A DNA stretch of 64,000 bases from Alphaproteobacteria bacterium. Lineage in GTDB: Bacteria; Pseudomonadota; Alphaproteobacteria; JANQMY01. Positions 30,428 to 40,857 of the stretch are shown piece by piece. Where the stretch lies: NCBI GenBank assembly GCA_965227095.1, contig CBDDFL010000002.1, positions 83,025 to 147,024 of the forward strand, in the 5' to 3' direction. Both the position numbers and the translations under genes were made by a program. The notes below the pieces were generated by a model that saw only the letters and a program-made list of their open reading frames with translations, had not been told where the DNA came from and searched no databases. How positions within the stretch are numbered: the stretch's first letter is position 1; every line of letters begins with the position of its first letter.

Positions 30428-30631
30428 ATGCCCACAGGAACCGTAAAATTTTTCAACACCACCAAAGGATTCGGATTTATCGTTCCTGATGATGGCACCA
30501 AGGATATTTTCGTTCATATCTCAGCGGTACATAATTCCGGCATGGACGGTTTGGCGGAAGGTCAGAAGGTCAGCTACGACGTGGAACCGGATAAGCGCGG
30601 GTCCAAAGCGGTCAATCTGAAGTCCGAATAA
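30428..30631 (+). CDS. cspA: cold-shock protein (CspA family)
   Basis: Contains GTVKFFNTTKGFGFI…DIFVHISA, the RNP1/RNP2 cold-shock domain motifs. Confidence 0.9.
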   Translation: MPTGTVKFFNTTKGFGFIVPDDGTKDIFVHISAVHNSGMDGLAEGQKVSYDVEPDKRGSKAVNLKSE

Positions 30632-30636
30632 GCAAC

Positions 30637-30670
30637 AAAAAACGCGGATGACAATCATCCGCGTTTTCGA
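30637..30670. terminator. bidirectional rho-independent terminator between convergent cspA and infC
   Basis: AAAAA-ACGCGGATGA-caa-TCATCCGCGT-TTTTCG: a 10-bp perfect stem with a 3-nt loop, an A-tract 5' and a T-tract 3'. Confidence 0.65.
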
Positions 30671-30696
30671 TTTCGGATTGAATGGTCGGTGGTGGC

Positions 30697-31218
30697 CTAG
30701 AGAGGCGCCATCACCATAATCATCTGCCGGCCCTCAAGCTTTGGGGCCTGTTCCACCTTGGCGATCTCGCCAACTTCTTCCCGTACGCGCGACAAGAGCT
30801 GCATGCCGAGTTCTTGGTGGGCCATTTCGCGTCCGCGGAAGCGCAAGGTCACTTTCACCTTATCGCCTTCTTCGAAGAACCGTTTGATCGAGCGCATTTT
30901 GACGTCGTAGTCATGCGTATCGATGTTCGGACGCATCTTGATTTCTTTGACTTCGATGGTCTTTTGCTTTTTACGCGCCTCATTCGCCTTCTTTTGAGCC
31001 TGATATTTGAACTTGCCGTAGTCCAAAATCTTGCACACAGGCGGTGACGCGTTGGGTGATATCTCAACAAGATCGAGCCCAACCTGTTGGGCCATGGTAA
31101 TTGCTTGTTGGGTCGAGACGACTCCGTGGTTTTCCCCGTCTTGATCGATCAAACGAACTTCGGGTTGGTCTATCTCGTCGTTGGCACGCGGCCCCTCGCG
31201 GGATGGCGGTGCCTGCAT
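30697..31218 (-). CDS. infC: translation initiation factor IF-3
   Basis: Contains …[38 protein letters not shown]…, the IF3 N- and C-domains. 173 aa. Confidence 0.9.
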   Translation of the reverse strand: MQAPPSREGPRANDEIDQPEVRLIDQDGENHGVVSTQQAITMAQQVGLDLVEISPNASPPVCKILDYGKFKYQAQKKANEARKKQKTIEVKEIKMRPNIDTHDYDVKMRSIKRFFEEGDKVKVTLRFRGREMAHQELGMQLLSRVREEVGEIAKVEQAPKLEGRQMIMVMAPL

Positions 31219-31311
31219 TGGTCTTCTGGCTATGTAGGTCTCTCCATTATTATGGCCTGATCGGTCCTTCTTATATGGTTGCCGACGAGGCCGGTTTCAA
31301 AATCAATGCTC

Positions 31312-33315
31312 TCAGCTGTGAGCTGTCTTCAAATCCGGAGGCAAAGCCTCTTGTTTTAGGATAGTAAGCACATCCTTAAGTGCAAGCGTTTCTTGTTCCT
31401 TAACGCCCAGTCTGCGAACGGAAACCTGCTCGTTCTCCATCTCACGCTGGCCGACCACCAAGATCACCGGCACCTTGGCATGGGAATGTTCCCGTACCTT
31501 GTAGTTGATTTTTTCATTGCGAATATCGAGTTTTACCCGCAATCCAGCGGCTTTAAGCGTGTCGGCCACCTTCTCCGCATAGGGGTCCGCGTCGGACGTG
31601 ATGTTGGCAATGACCACTTGGACCGGTGCCAGCCAGAGTGGGAATCTTCCGGCGTGATGCTCAATAAGCACACCGATAAACCGTTCCAGCGTGCCCAAAA
31701 TAGCTCTGTGCAACATTACAGGCCGGTGTTTTTCGCCGTCCGCCCCCACATAGGTGGCATCCAAACGTTCCGGCAACACGAAATCGAGCTGAAGCGTGCC
31801 GCATTGCCAATCCCGGCCAATGGCGTCCCGCAACACGAATTCGAGCTTCGGCCCGTAAAAAGCCCCTTCCCCCGGATTGATCTTAAAGGGAAGACCGGCC
31901 GCTTTTGCGGCGGCTTCAAGGGCGCCCTCCGCGCGGTCCCAGGTGGCGTCATCCCCCGCTTTCACGTCCGGGCGAGTTGACAGCTTTACCACCACATCGC
32001 TAAAGCCCAGCTCCTCGTAGATGGAAAACAGCAAATTGCAAAAGGCGATGCTTTCCGCTTCCACCTGGTCTTCGCGGCAAAAAATGTGAGCGTCATCTTG
32101 CGTCATCTGACGCACGCGCATCAGGCCATGCAAAGCGCCATGCGCCTCGTTTCGGTGACAACATCCGAATTCGGCCATGCGAATTGGCAAATCCCGGTAC
32201 GACCGGATGTGGTTTTTGAAGATCTGCACATGGGCGGGGCAATTCATGGGCTTCAAGGCCATAAGCGAGTGGCCTTCGCCGGACAGAACGGGCCCGTCTT
32301 CTTCGGTGCTTGGAATTTCATCGGGCACCACGAACATATTCTCGCGAAATTTCGACCAGTGGCCCGACTGTTCCCAGAATTTGGAATCCAATAGTTGAGG
32401 CGTTTTCACCTCCACATAATCCGCCTTCTGCAGTTTCCGGCGAATGTAAGATTCCATTTGATTGTACAGGATGAAACCGTTGGGGTGCCAAAACACGGAG
32501 CCCTGGGCTTCTTCCTGCAAGTGGAACAAGTCCATCTCGCGGCCAAGCTTGCGGTGGTCGCGTTTCTCGGCTTCTTCGATGCGGCGAAGATAGGCTTTCA
32601 ATTCCTTGTCGTCGCGCCAAGCCGTCCCGTAAATGCGTTGCAATTGAGCGTTCTTCGCATCACCGCGCCAGTAAGATCCGGCAATTTTCGTCAGCTTGAA
32701 GGCTTGACCAATCTTGCCGGTAGACATGAGGTGCGGCCCCCGACACAGATCGTGCCAGTCCCCGTGGAAATAGATTTTGATCTCTTCGCCGTCGGGAAAA
32801 GAATCGATGAGTTCCGCTTTGTATTGTTCGCCCAGCTCTTTGAAATGGGCGATGGCTTCGTCCCGGTCCCACACCTCGCGCCGCGTGACTTCGTTGCGGG
32901 AGACGATTTCTTTCATGCGCTTTTCGATCTTTTCAAGATCTTCCGGACGGAATGGTTCGTTGCGCGCAAAGTCGTAATAGAAGCCGTCTTCGATCACCGG
33001 TCCAATGGTCACTTGCGTGCCCGGATAAAGTTCCTGCACGGCCATTGCCAAAATATGTGCCGCATCATGACGAATAAGCTCCAGCGCTTCGTCGTCTTTC
33101 TTGGTGACAATCGCCACCGAGGCATCCGCATTGATCGGCAGGTCCAGATCGGACAGCTCGCCATTGATTTTCACGGCAAGCGCCGCTTTCGCGAGGCCCG
33201 CGCCAATACTTTCAGCGATTTCCTGTCCGGTCACACCACGGCCGTAGTCGCGCGAGCTGCCATCGGGCAGCGCAATGGAAACGGTCTGGTCGGAGGATGC
33301 GGATATGCTGTTCAT
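31312..33315 (-). CDS. thrS: threonine--tRNA ligase
   Basis: Has TGS, editing and class II catalytic domains (…[26 protein letters not shown]…). 667 aa. Confidence 0.95.
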   Translation of the reverse strand: MNSISASSDQTVSIALPDGSSRDYGRGVTGQEIAESIGAGLAKAALAVKINGELSDLDLPINADASVAIVTKKDDEALELIRHDAAHILAMAVQELYPGTQVTIGPVIEDGFYYDFARNEPFRPEDLEKIEKRMKEIVSRNEVTRREVWDRDEAIAHFKELGEQYKAELIDSFPDGEEIKIYFHGDWHDLCRGPHLMSTGKIGQAFKLTKIAGSYWRGDAKNAQLQRIYGTAWRDDKELKAYLRRIEEAEKRDHRKLGREMDLFHLQEEAQGSVFWHPNGFILYNQMESYIRRKLQKADYVEVKTPQLLDSKFWEQSGHWSKFRENMFVVPDEIPSTEEDGPVLSGEGHSLMALKPMNCPAHVQIFKNHIRSYRDLPIRMAEFGCCHRNEAHGALHGLMRVRQMTQDDAHIFCREDQVEAESIAFCNLLFSIYEELGFSDVVVKLSTRPDVKAGDDATWDRAEGALEAAAKAAGLPFKINPGEGAFYGPKLEFVLRDAIGRDWQCGTLQLDFVLPERLDATYVGADGEKHRPVMLHRAILGTLERFIGVLIEHHAGRFPLWLAPVQVVIANITSDADPYAEKVADTLKAAGLRVKLDIRNEKINYKVREHSHAKVPVILVVGQREMENEQVSVRRLGVKEQETLALKDVLTILKQEALPPDLKTAHS

Positions 33316-33393
33316 GTCGAAAAAATGCGCTGAGTTTTATTAAGGTCCCGTTTACGAGACAAGGCGGGCACATTACGTCGATCCCTTTGCAAG

Positions 33394-34341
33394 TCAAGCA
33401 AGAGTGCCCATCTCGGTCAAAGCGTGGGTGACATCGTCGAGGGCAAGGTCTTCCAAGGTCGCCCGGCGCAAGGTCGCGACTTCTTCTGCACGAGGGGCGC
33501 AGCGGCTGGGATCGGAGTCGTGAGAGAAAAGGATAAGACAGGGGCATCCGGATGCCGCCAGAAGATGCATGGGACCGGTGTCGTTTCCGACCGCTAATGT
33601 GGCGCCTGTGCCGATCGCCACAATCTGTTGAAAATCGGTCTGTCCGCACAAATTGATCGCATCCGGCACACGATCTGCAATTGTCGCGAGTTCGTTTTGT
33701 TCCGCGTTGGCGCCTAGAAGAACCGGCATGATGCCGTCTGCCACAAGGCGCTCGGCCAGCGCGGCGTAACGTTCGGCAGGCCATCTTTTGGCGGGCCGGT
33801 GCGGCGACCCGCCAGGAACAAGCACTGCGTAGCGCTCGGGCAGCGCAAAGGCTGACACGTCGGCCGTCATCCAGCTTAGATCCGTTGGATAGATCGCGGT
33901 CAGACCGGCAATCCTCAGCTGCTCCGCCTGCCGATCCACCGTGTGCATCGGAATGCGGTTTGGATTGTCATGAGGGTGTGAACAGCCGCCGGCAACGCCC
34001 GACCAGCCCGGCCGTTTGGGCCAAAGGAACTGAAAATACCAACTGGTGCGGTTCGACGTTTGAAGGTCATAGACAAAGTCAAAGTGAGCGCCGCGCAACG
34101 CAGATAGAAAATGGAGCATCCGGAAGGACGGCCACGGGGCACGCCCGTCGTCCCACACCTCATCGAAATAGCCGCTGGCGCGCCCTAGCTTTGCGAACGG
34201 AGCGGTGGTGACAAGCGTGATGTGCGCTTTTGGGTGCTGGGCCCGGATGGATTTGAACGGTCCCATGGCCTGCACGAAATCTCCAAGTGAGCCGAGCCGG
34301 ATCACCGCAATTTTTCTGTATGGGTCAGGACGGGTGTTCAT
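33394..34341 (-). CDS. lipopolysaccharide heptosyltransferase-family glycosyltransferase (GT9)
   Basis: Contains KIAVIRLGSLGDFVQAMGPFKSIR and a C-terminal GNDTGPMHLAAA region, a GT9 signature. An ATG at 34341 overlaps the upstream gene's stop by 4 bp. The track ORF is extended to 34500. Confidence 0.7.
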   Translation of the reverse strand: MNTRPDPYRKIAVIRLGSLGDFVQAMGPFKSIRAQHPKAHITLVTTAPFAKLGRASGYFDEVWDDGRAPWPSFRMLHFLSALRGAHFDFVYDLQTSNRTSWYFQFLWPKRPGWSGVAGGCSHPHDNPNRIPMHTVDRQAEQLRIAGLTAIYPTDLSWMTADVSAFALPERYAVLVPGGSPHRPAKRWPAERYAALAERLVADGIMPVLLGANAEQNELATIADRVPDAINLCGQTDFQQIVAIGTGATLAVGNDTGPMHLLAASGCPCLILFSHDSDPSRCAPRAEEVATLRRATLEDLALDDVTHALTEMGTLA

Positions 34342-35519
34342 GCGGATTGGCTGTCGGCACGTTTTTTCTTTTGCGCTGCAAGGGCGCTGTAGGCGGCCAA
34401 TGTCTTCTCGCACATGGCTTGTTTGGAAAAATGCTCCACCACGTTCGATCGAGCGGCAGCGGCCATGGCGTCCCGTTCCGCGCTGGACATGGCGAGACAA
34501 TCCGTAATCGCCGCCGCCAGCGCATTCGGATTGTTCGGCGGGATCAGATGCCCCGTTTCTCCGTCGATAATCGTTTCAAGCGATCCTCCCAAAGCCGTGG
34601 CGATGATGGGGCATCCCATGGCCTGGGCTTCCACGGCGATGCGGCCGAAGGCTTCCGGTTCGGTGGAGGCGGAAACCGTCACGGCAGCTGCCGCATAGGC
34701 CGCCGGCATGTCATCCATATGGCCTGAAAAACGAACGCAGTCGTCCAAGCCTAAGTCTTTTATTCTTGCGGTAAGGGATTTTCCGAAATCGGAGTTTGGT
34801 TCGGTTTCGCCCACACACACAAAACATACTTTTTCTTCCAAGGATTGGGCCTGAATGCGAGACGCCGCCTCGACAAACACATCTTGTCCCTTCCAGGGCG
34901 TTACGCGGCCCGGCAAGATGACGAGGCGTTTATCGTCATCCACCTTGATACGTTGACGGAAGGCTTGTATTCGCGTTGCGTCCACATTGCTGCGGTCGAA
35001 TTCCGCAAGATCAACACCGCGCGCAATGGTGAGGGTGTGGCCGGCCGCATTCGGATATTTTTGGCTGATCCGTTGGGCGATGAAGTTTGAGTTGGCAATC
35101 ACCACGTCACCGCGGGCCATCACACTGTTGTAGAGCGATTTAACATAGCCGCTGTCTCTGAATGTGCCGTGATGGGTTGTCATGAAATGGCAACCCGCCC
35201 GGCGGGCCGCAAACAGCGCGCTCCACGCCGGCGCGCGGCTTCGGGCATGAATGATGGAAATGCCATGGTCGACGGCAAGCTCTGCAAGACGGTTTACGTT
35301 CTGAAAGATTGTGAGAGGGTTTTTGCTGTTCACCGGCAATTGAAAGATCTGGGCGCCCATGGATTGCAGGCGCGCGGTTAAACGTCCGCCCGCGGTCGCA
35401 ACAAAAGAGCCATACTCCGCGTTGATGAGCGCGTCGGAAATGTCGATAACAGTACGTTCCGCGCCGCCTTCATCCAATGTGGGGATCACCTGCAACACGT
35501 TGATGCGCGCGGCCATCAA
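34338..35519 (-). CDS. glycosyltransferase family 4 (LPS core-type, RfaG/LpsB-like)
   Basis: Contains VLQVIPTLDEGGAERTV… and a C-terminal EAFGRIAVEAQAMGCPIIAT GT4 signature. Confidence 0.75.
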   Translation of the reverse strand: MMAARINVLQVIPTLDEGGAERTVIDISDALINAEYGSFVATAGGRLTARLQSMGAQIFQLPVNSKNPLTIFQNVNRLAELAVDHGISIIHARSRAPAWSALFAARRAGCHFMTTHHGTFRDSGYVKSLYNSVMARGDVVIANSNFIAQRISQKYPNAAGHTLTIARGVDLAEFDRSNVDATRIQAFRQRIKVDDDKRLVILPGRVTPWKGQDVFVEAASRIQAQSLEEKVCFVCVGETEPNSDFGKSLTARIKDLGLDDCVRFSGHMDDMPAAYAAAAVTVSASTEPEAFGRIAVEAQAMGCPIIATALGGSLETIIDGETGHLIPPNNPNALAAAITDCLAMSSAERDAMAAAARSNVVEHFSKQAMCEKTLAAYSALAAQKKKRADSQSA

Positions 35520-36382
35520 AGACGCTCCCGCTCTTTTCGTAATCCCTCGCGATAGGTGGGATAGGTGAACGTAACGCCTAGGTCTTTTTTGATCTTATGG
35601 TTCCGAACCCGCTTATTGTCATTGTAGAAACTTTTGCCCATCTCGCTCATATCGGCATCTTCCAGCTTTACAAGCGGGGGTGGGGGCATGTTTAGAAGGT
35701 CGGCTGCGTAAGCAACCACATCGGCCGGGGCGGCGGCTTCATCGTCGCAGACGTTGTAGATCGCACCGGGATCCGGCCGGTCGAAAGAGGCCCTCAGGAT
35801 GGCCGCCACATCTTCCACATGAATGCGCGAAAACATCTGTCCCGGTTTCTCGATGCGTCTTGCCTTGCCGTTTTTGAGGGACACCAGTTGATTGCGTCCC
35901 GGCCCATAAATGCCCGCCAGCCGGAAAACATGCACCGGCAATTGATGGTCATGAAACAAGGCGAGCCATTGGCGTTCGGCCTCGACCCGCCGCCGCGCGC
36001 GGTCGCTGGTGGGTTTAAGGGCGGATCCTTCATCGACCCATGCGCCATCCCGATTGCCGTACACTCCGGTGGTGGACAGGTAACCAATCCACGAAAGGTG
36101 GTCTTTGAGGGAGATGATCTTGTCTTTGTGATGCGTCAGAACAGGATCACCCAATGGGCTCGGTGGGGCTGAAATCAACAAATGCGTCACGTCTTGCCAG
36201 ACGGGATCTTCTAAGGGGGTTTCCTCATTCAGGATGACAGGTGTGGCGCCCAAAGATCGGATGTCATCCAGTTTTTCAGCGCTTCGGGCCGATCCTGTCA
36301 CCGTCCAGCCCTGTGTCAGAAGTTCGGCGGTCAGGGCCTTTGCGCAGAAGCCAAATCCAAGGCAGAGGAGATGTCCTGGCAT
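35516..36382 (-). CDS. SDR-family NAD(P)-binding nucleotide-sugar epimerase/reductase-like protein
   Basis: Has the GFGFCAKAL Rossmann motif and TTGVYG…Y-x3-K-like blocks. An ATG at 36382 is preceded by GAGG. The track ORF begins at a TTG at 36451. It overlaps the downstream GT4 by 4 bp. Confidence 0.55.
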   Translation of the reverse strand: MPGHLLCLGFGFCAKALTAELLTQGWTVTGSARSAEKLDDIRSLGATPVILNEETPLEDPVWQDVTHLLISAPPSPLGDPVLTHHKDKIISLKDHLSWIGYLSTTGVYGNRDGAWVDEGSALKPTSDRARRRVEAERQWLALFHDHQLPVHVFRLAGIYGPGRNQLVSLKNGKARRIEKPGQMFSRIHVEDVAAILRASFDRPDPGAIYNVCDDEAAAPADVVAYAADLLNMPPPPLVKLEDADMSEMGKSFYNDNKRVRNHKIKKDLGVTFTYPTYREGLRKERERL

Positions 36383-36453
36383 TCTATCGGGCCTCAATGG
36401 TAGAACACGTCTCTGCCGGGAGATGCGGCATCTGACGAAAGAGTAATCCAATC

Positions 36454-37245
36454 ATGCGTACTGTTCTTGCTGTCCTTTTGTGTTTGGTCCTGGTTGAGGG
36501 CCCGGTGGTCGCTCAGGACTATAGTCTAGGCGGCGGCCGGTACAAGAAATGTCTTGATAAGGTGGCCACGGACCCTCAAGGCGCGCACCAACAATACCGC
36601 TATTGGCGGGAAGTGGACGAATGGCAGGGCGGGCCGGCCTTGCATTGCGAAGCCTTGATTCTCACGGCTCTGCGCCAATACAGCGACGCGGCACAACGCT
36701 TGGAACAAATTGTCTCTGAAAACCTGATTGCGGATGTAACCCTTCAGGCTACCATTTTGGGGCAAGCCGGTAATGCGTGGATCCTCGCCAAGAAGGGGGA
36801 TTTGGCTCTGGCGGCGCTTGACCGAGCGATCGCCATGAATGACCAGGATTATGAATTGGTTGTGGACCGTGCCCGGGCCCATGCCTTGCTGAAGGACTGG
36901 CCCGCCGCGCTCAAAGATCTGGACACGGTCATCGAGGTGGCAAAACCCTCAGCGGACCATCGGGTGTTGCGCGCGGTGGCGAACCGCCACCTTGGCCGTT
37001 ATGACGCGGCCCGCGCGGATGTGGATGCCGCCTTGGTAATTTCAACCAACCATGGCGGTGCGTTGCTCGAGCGGGGCATCCTGAAGCAGCTGCAAGGCGA
37101 CGTGGGCGGCGCGCGCAAAGACTATGTCTTGGTGGTGACAAACAACCCGAATACGGATGAAGCGGCGGATGCTCAATCTCGGCTCCAGAAACTCGACCTC
37201 AAGCTTGAGTCCGGGGCGCCGGCAGCGCCGCCTGCCACTCCTTAA
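36454..37245 (+). CDS. periplasmic TPR-repeat protein
   Basis: Has a signal peptide (MRTVLAVLLCLVLVEGPVVAQD) and repeated A/L-rich 34-mer-like helices. Its 3' end overlaps queG in convergent orientation. Confidence 0.6.
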   Translation: MRTVLAVLLCLVLVEGPVVAQDYSLGGGRYKKCLDKVATDPQGAHQQYRYWREVDEWQGGPALHCEALILTALRQYSDAAQRLEQIVSENLIADVTLQATILGQAGNAWILAKKGDLALAALDRAIAMNDQDYELVVDRARAHALLKDWPAALKDLDTVIEVAKPSADHRVLRAVANRHLGRYDAARADVDAALVISTNHGGALLERGILKQLQGDVGGARKDYVLVVTNNPNTDEAADAQSRLQKLDLKLESGAPAAPPATP

Positions 37246-38377
37246 GGACATTTTCGTCCGGCTCGCGGTCCCGATGCCGTTCGGCAACCACCGCCACTTG
37301 CATCGGCGCCAACCGCCCAAGCGCCCAAACCGCCATCGCCCGAACTAGGGGCGATGTATCGGTCAACCGTTCCTCCACATACGGAACAAATTTCAGATCG
37401 CCGGAATTCCCGATGGCGATCAACACATTACGCACAAAGCGATCCCGACCGGTGCGCTTAACGGGTGACTTGGAAAAGAACCGGCGAAAGGCGGTGTCGT
37501 CCAGCTGTACCAATTTTTCCAGCGGGGGATCGACGCGGTCCTCAACGGCTTGAAGGGCAGCCTCCGCAGCCTCTTGTGCGAATTTGTTCCAGGGGCAAAC
37601 CGCCAGGCAATCGTCACAGCCATAAATGCGGTTGCCCATGGCCTCACGAAACTCAGGCGCGATATGACCTTTGTGCTCAATGGTCAGATAGGAAATGCAA
37701 CGTCGCGCGTCCAGTTGATACGGCGCCGGAAAAGCATTTGTGGGGCAGATGTCCAGACAACGCCGGCATGACCCGCATTGGTCTGGTTGGGGAGAGTCAA
37801 TATCAAGCGTCAGTGTTGTGAAGATTGACCCGAGAAAAAGCCAAGAACCCTCGTCCGGCGACACCAGATTTGTGTGTTTGCCTTGCCATCCAACACCAGC
37901 TGTTTGCGCCAGCGGTTTTTCCATCACGGGCGCTGTGTCCACGAAGACTTTCAAAGCGCAGCCCTGAGTTTCCGCGAGCCAACGGCCGATCTGTTTCAAC
38001 CGTTTTTTGATGACGTCGTGATAGTCCGCCCCAAGAGCATAAACAGAAATGTTACCTCGATCCGTCCTCTTAAGGCGCAACATAGGGTCCGTCTGGGGCG
38101 TGTACCGCATGCCCAACACGATGATGCTGCGCGCATCTTCCCATAGTGTCGAGGGGGCCGCGCGTGTCGCCATGTCACGGGCCAGCCAGTCCATGTCCCC
38201 ATGACGGTCTTGGTCCACAAAGTGTTGGAGAGCGGATTGGGCATTTGGGATCAGATCGGCGGAGGTAAATCGGACCACCGCAAATCCAAGATCCTTGGCA
38301 CGGGCAATGATCTCGCGCGTCAGCGCATCCTGGTCTTTGGTGGCAATTTCAATCGGCGTCTGTGTCTGCCGGATCAT
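37199..38377 (-). CDS. queG: tRNA epoxyqueuosine(34) reductase
   Basis: Contains …CGSCRRCLDICPTNAF… and a CDDCLAVCPWN ferredoxin-type motif. An ATG at 38377 (MIRQTQTP) is taken as the start. The track ORF runs to 38437. Confidence 0.9.
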   Translation of the reverse strand: MIRQTQTPIEIATKDQDALTREIIARAKDLGFAVVRFTSADLIPNAQSALQHFVDQDRHGDMDWLARDMATRAAPSTLWEDARSIIVLGMRYTPQTDPMLRLKRTDRGNISVYALGADYHDVIKKRLKQIGRWLAETQGCALKVFVDTAPVMEKPLAQTAGVGWQGKHTNLVSPDEGSWLFLGSIFTTLTLDIDSPQPDQCGSCRRCLDICPTNAFPAPYQLDARRCISYLTIEHKGHIAPEFREAMGNRIYGCDDCLAVCPWNKFAQEAAEAALQAVEDRVDPPLEKLVQLDDTAFRRFFSKSPVKRTGRDRFVRNVLIAIGNSGDLKFVPYVEERLTDTSPLVRAMAVWALGRLAPMQVAVVAERHRDREPDENVLKEWQAALPAPRTQA

Positions 38378-38907
38378 GAGAAATAGATGGTCACATAAGT
38401 TTGCCAGGTGCTGCCCAACAGCTTCAAGACCGGCCACAAGGTAGGCAGTAGGTAGCGAATGAAGACATAAAGGAACGGCAGGCTAACCCCCAGGACGATC
38501 ATCAGTTCGAACCAGAGGGCCGATTGGGCCACATCCGTCTTATTGCGCGTGTGATAGGCCAAATAACCGCCAAATCCGGCAAGGGTGAAGCCGTAGAAAA
38601 AAAGCAAGGCCGACGACATCCACCAAATCCCAGACAGGAAGGAAAGGCTGCTCCAGAAAGAGTCGGTGCCTGCGAAAAAGAACACCCCAATGGGTGTGCA
38701 GCCCAGCGCGACGATGAAGCCCAGCACAAGAGACCGGCCCAACTCTTGCCAGGCAAACCCGACAAATGTGTCCCTCGGCAATCGGGCCTCCCAGGTTTTG
38801 ACCTGCGCGGATGCGAAGATGGATGCAATGGCCGAGAACACAGCAACCAGGATCAACCCAAGACCACTCAAGCTAAAGGTAATCGACAGTAAATCAGAGA
38901 GCGACAC
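38374..38907 (-). CDS. hypothetical polytopic membrane protein
   Basis: 177 aa with five or six hydrophobic helices. No family was recognised. Its stop abuts the queG start. Confidence 0.5.
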   Translation of the reverse strand: MSLSDLLSITFSLSGLGLILVAVFSAIASIFASAQVKTWEARLPRDTFVGFAWQELGRSLVLGFIVALGCTPIGVFFFAGTDSFWSSLSFLSGIWWMSSALLFFYGFTLAGFGGYLAYHTRNKTDVAQSALWFELMIVLGVSLPFLYVFIRYLLPTLWPVLKLLGSTWQTYVTIYFS

Positions 38908-39051
38908 TCATGGCCCTTTCAGCTTACGCACCCGGTGATTTAAGCACCGCCCGCGCTGGCCCTATTCAAATCTTCTTTTGTACCAGGTTCAAGCGCCCGC
39001 AAAGACCTTTTCCATAGCGTGTATCCCGTTAATAAATTGCCGAGATGAGGC

Positions 39052-39720
39052 TCAGAAATCCAGGTTTGCATAGTGCCGGGGCGGTTGGATGCCCGGCACT
39101 TGATCGGCCAAGAGGGACCGGAAACACGGCCGAGATTTGATCCGAACATACCATTCTTGAGTTCTCGGAAATTTGTGCCAGGGAATATCGCCCACATAGT
39201 CTAAGCAGGAAATGTGGGAGGCGGCCGCAAGATCCGCACAGCTCAGTTCATCTCCGGCGAGCCAGCGCCGCCGTTCTGAAAGAAACCCCACAAATTCCAG
39301 ATGATCTGACAGCGCCTCAAGGGCCGCCCGGATGTGACCCATATCAGGTTCGCCCAATCTGAACACGCGCTTGTCGATGCGCTCGAAGATGATCGGGCCG
39401 GACACTTCCCGGTAAAACGTATTGTTGAACCAGGTGCTCAGACGCCTGACTTCGGCCTGCGCCACCGGATCGCCAGGGATCAGAGGTGGGGTCGGGCTGG
39501 TGGCCTCTAGGAATTCGATAATAGCCGTCGCTTCGCAGACTTTGGTGTCGTCGTCATTCACCAAAATCGGTACGGCCGCCCGCCGGTTTGGCGGTGTTGG
39601 TTCAAGGTCGGTTTGCACCGGCGGCTCTGTTGAGAGCGAAAAGTCGATCCGCTTTTCACTCAAAGCCAGACGAACATACCGGCACGCGGGCGATAAAGGT
39701 TGGTGGTAGAGCAGGCGCAT
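39052..39720 (-). CDS. glutathione S-transferase
   Basis: Has an MRLLYHQPLSPACRYVRLALSEK thioredoxin-like N-domain and a helical C-domain. Confidence 0.8.
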   Translation of the reverse strand: MRLLYHQPLSPACRYVRLALSEKRIDFSLSTEPPVQTDLEPTPPNRRAAVPILVNDDDTKVCEATAIIEFLEATSPTPPLIPGDPVAQAEVRRLSTWFNNTFYREVSGPIIFERIDKRVFRLGEPDMGHIRAALEALSDHLEFVGFLSERRRWLAGDELSCADLAAASHISCLDYVGDIPWHKFPRTQEWYVRIKSRPCFRSLLADQVPGIQPPRHYANLDF

Positions 39721-39816
39721 GAAGGGTGGGGCCTAGATGGGGGCGATGAATGGCGACGACGGGCAGCTTACGCTGACTTAAGGCGATAGTAAGGCCGAAT
39801 AACGGCTGGTACAAAC

Positions 39817-40788
39817 TTAAGTGGGGGCTTTGTCGGATTTGGTCAATGCGTGCCGAGGGGGTGGTGCCGTTTCATCTGGGCAAGACCCATATTCCGCCTG
39901 GATCGTCGAGTGATGAATATCGAATTTTTTCGCCAGCAACATTTTGACGGCCCGCAACACCTGGTCTTGATCCTGGTCTTCGGCAATGGTGACGTGCAGT
40001 GTCAGGATCGGTTTTTGATCTGTCAGGGCCCATAAATGCATATGATGAATGCCCAAAACAGCGGGCACGCCCTTCAGGATCGCATTCGCGACGGCGTCCG
40101 GCTTTAAATGGCGCGGCGTTCCTTCCAGAAGGATATGGGTGCTGTCCACCACAACGCGATACGCCGCGTTGAGGATCAGCGCGACCACCAACAATGACAG
40201 CAACGGATCCACGATGTTCCAACCGGTGGACATGATAATGGCGGCGGCGACAATCGCGGCGACCGACCCAAGCAGGTCGCTCAGCACATGGAGGGCGGCG
40301 CCACGCATATTGAGGTTCGCTTGATCGCCGCCATGAAGCAGATAAAACGCAATCACGTTGACGGCGAGTCCGGCAAAGGCAATCAATAACATTGGGCCCG
40401 CCAAGACTTCTACCGGTTCTTGGATCCGGCCGATTGCTTCATAAATAATCCACGCACCAATGGCGAACAGGGCCAAGCCGTTTACGAATGCGGCCAGGAT
40501 CTGAAACCGGTGATAGCCATAGGACCTAGATCCGTCCGTTGGCCGATTGGCGATACGGAAGGCAAACCAGGCCAGGAGCAGCGCCAGCGAGTCCGTCAAC
40601 ATGTGGCCCGCATCCGCCAATAGGGCGAGCGATCCAGAGAGCAAGCCGCCGATCACCTCCACCACCATAAAGGTGATGGTCAAAAGCATCGCTTGGAAAA
40701 CGCGTTTTTGATCGGCGTTCGCTAGGTCGTGCTGGTGGCTATGACTGTGCGGATGCTTGTCGCCAGGTTCATGGTGCGAATGAGTCAT
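39817..40788 (-). CDS. cation diffusion facilitator family metal efflux transporter (CzcD/ZitB-like)
   Basis: Has a His-rich N-terminus (HSHSHQH), six TM helices and the LADAGHMLTD motif. Confidence 0.85.
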   Translation of the reverse strand: MTHSHHEPGDKHPHSHSHQHDLANADQKRVFQAMLLTITFMVVEVIGGLLSGSLALLADAGHMLTDSLALLLAWFAFRIANRPTDGSRSYGYHRFQILAAFVNGLALFAIGAWIIYEAIGRIQEPVEVLAGPMLLIAFAGLAVNVIAFYLLHGGDQANLNMRGAALHVLSDLLGSVAAIVAAAIIMSTGWNIVDPLLSLLVVALILNAAYRVVVDSTHILLEGTPRHLKPDAVANAILKGVPAVLGIHHMHLWALTDQKPILTLHVTIAEDQDQDQVLRAVKMLLAKKFDIHHSTIQAEYGSCPDETAPPPRHALTKSDKAPT

Positions 40789-40857
40789 GCGATCCGTCTT
40801 AGTGAGTTTCGGCCCGTTTCGCCATTGAATTCTAGACCGGCGGTGACGCCAGTGCGT

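Noticed and set aside
32395-33333. 312-aa plus-strand ORF antisense to thrS.
   Set aside because: It is fully contained within thrS on the opposite strand and its composition is biased, so it is a shadow ORF.
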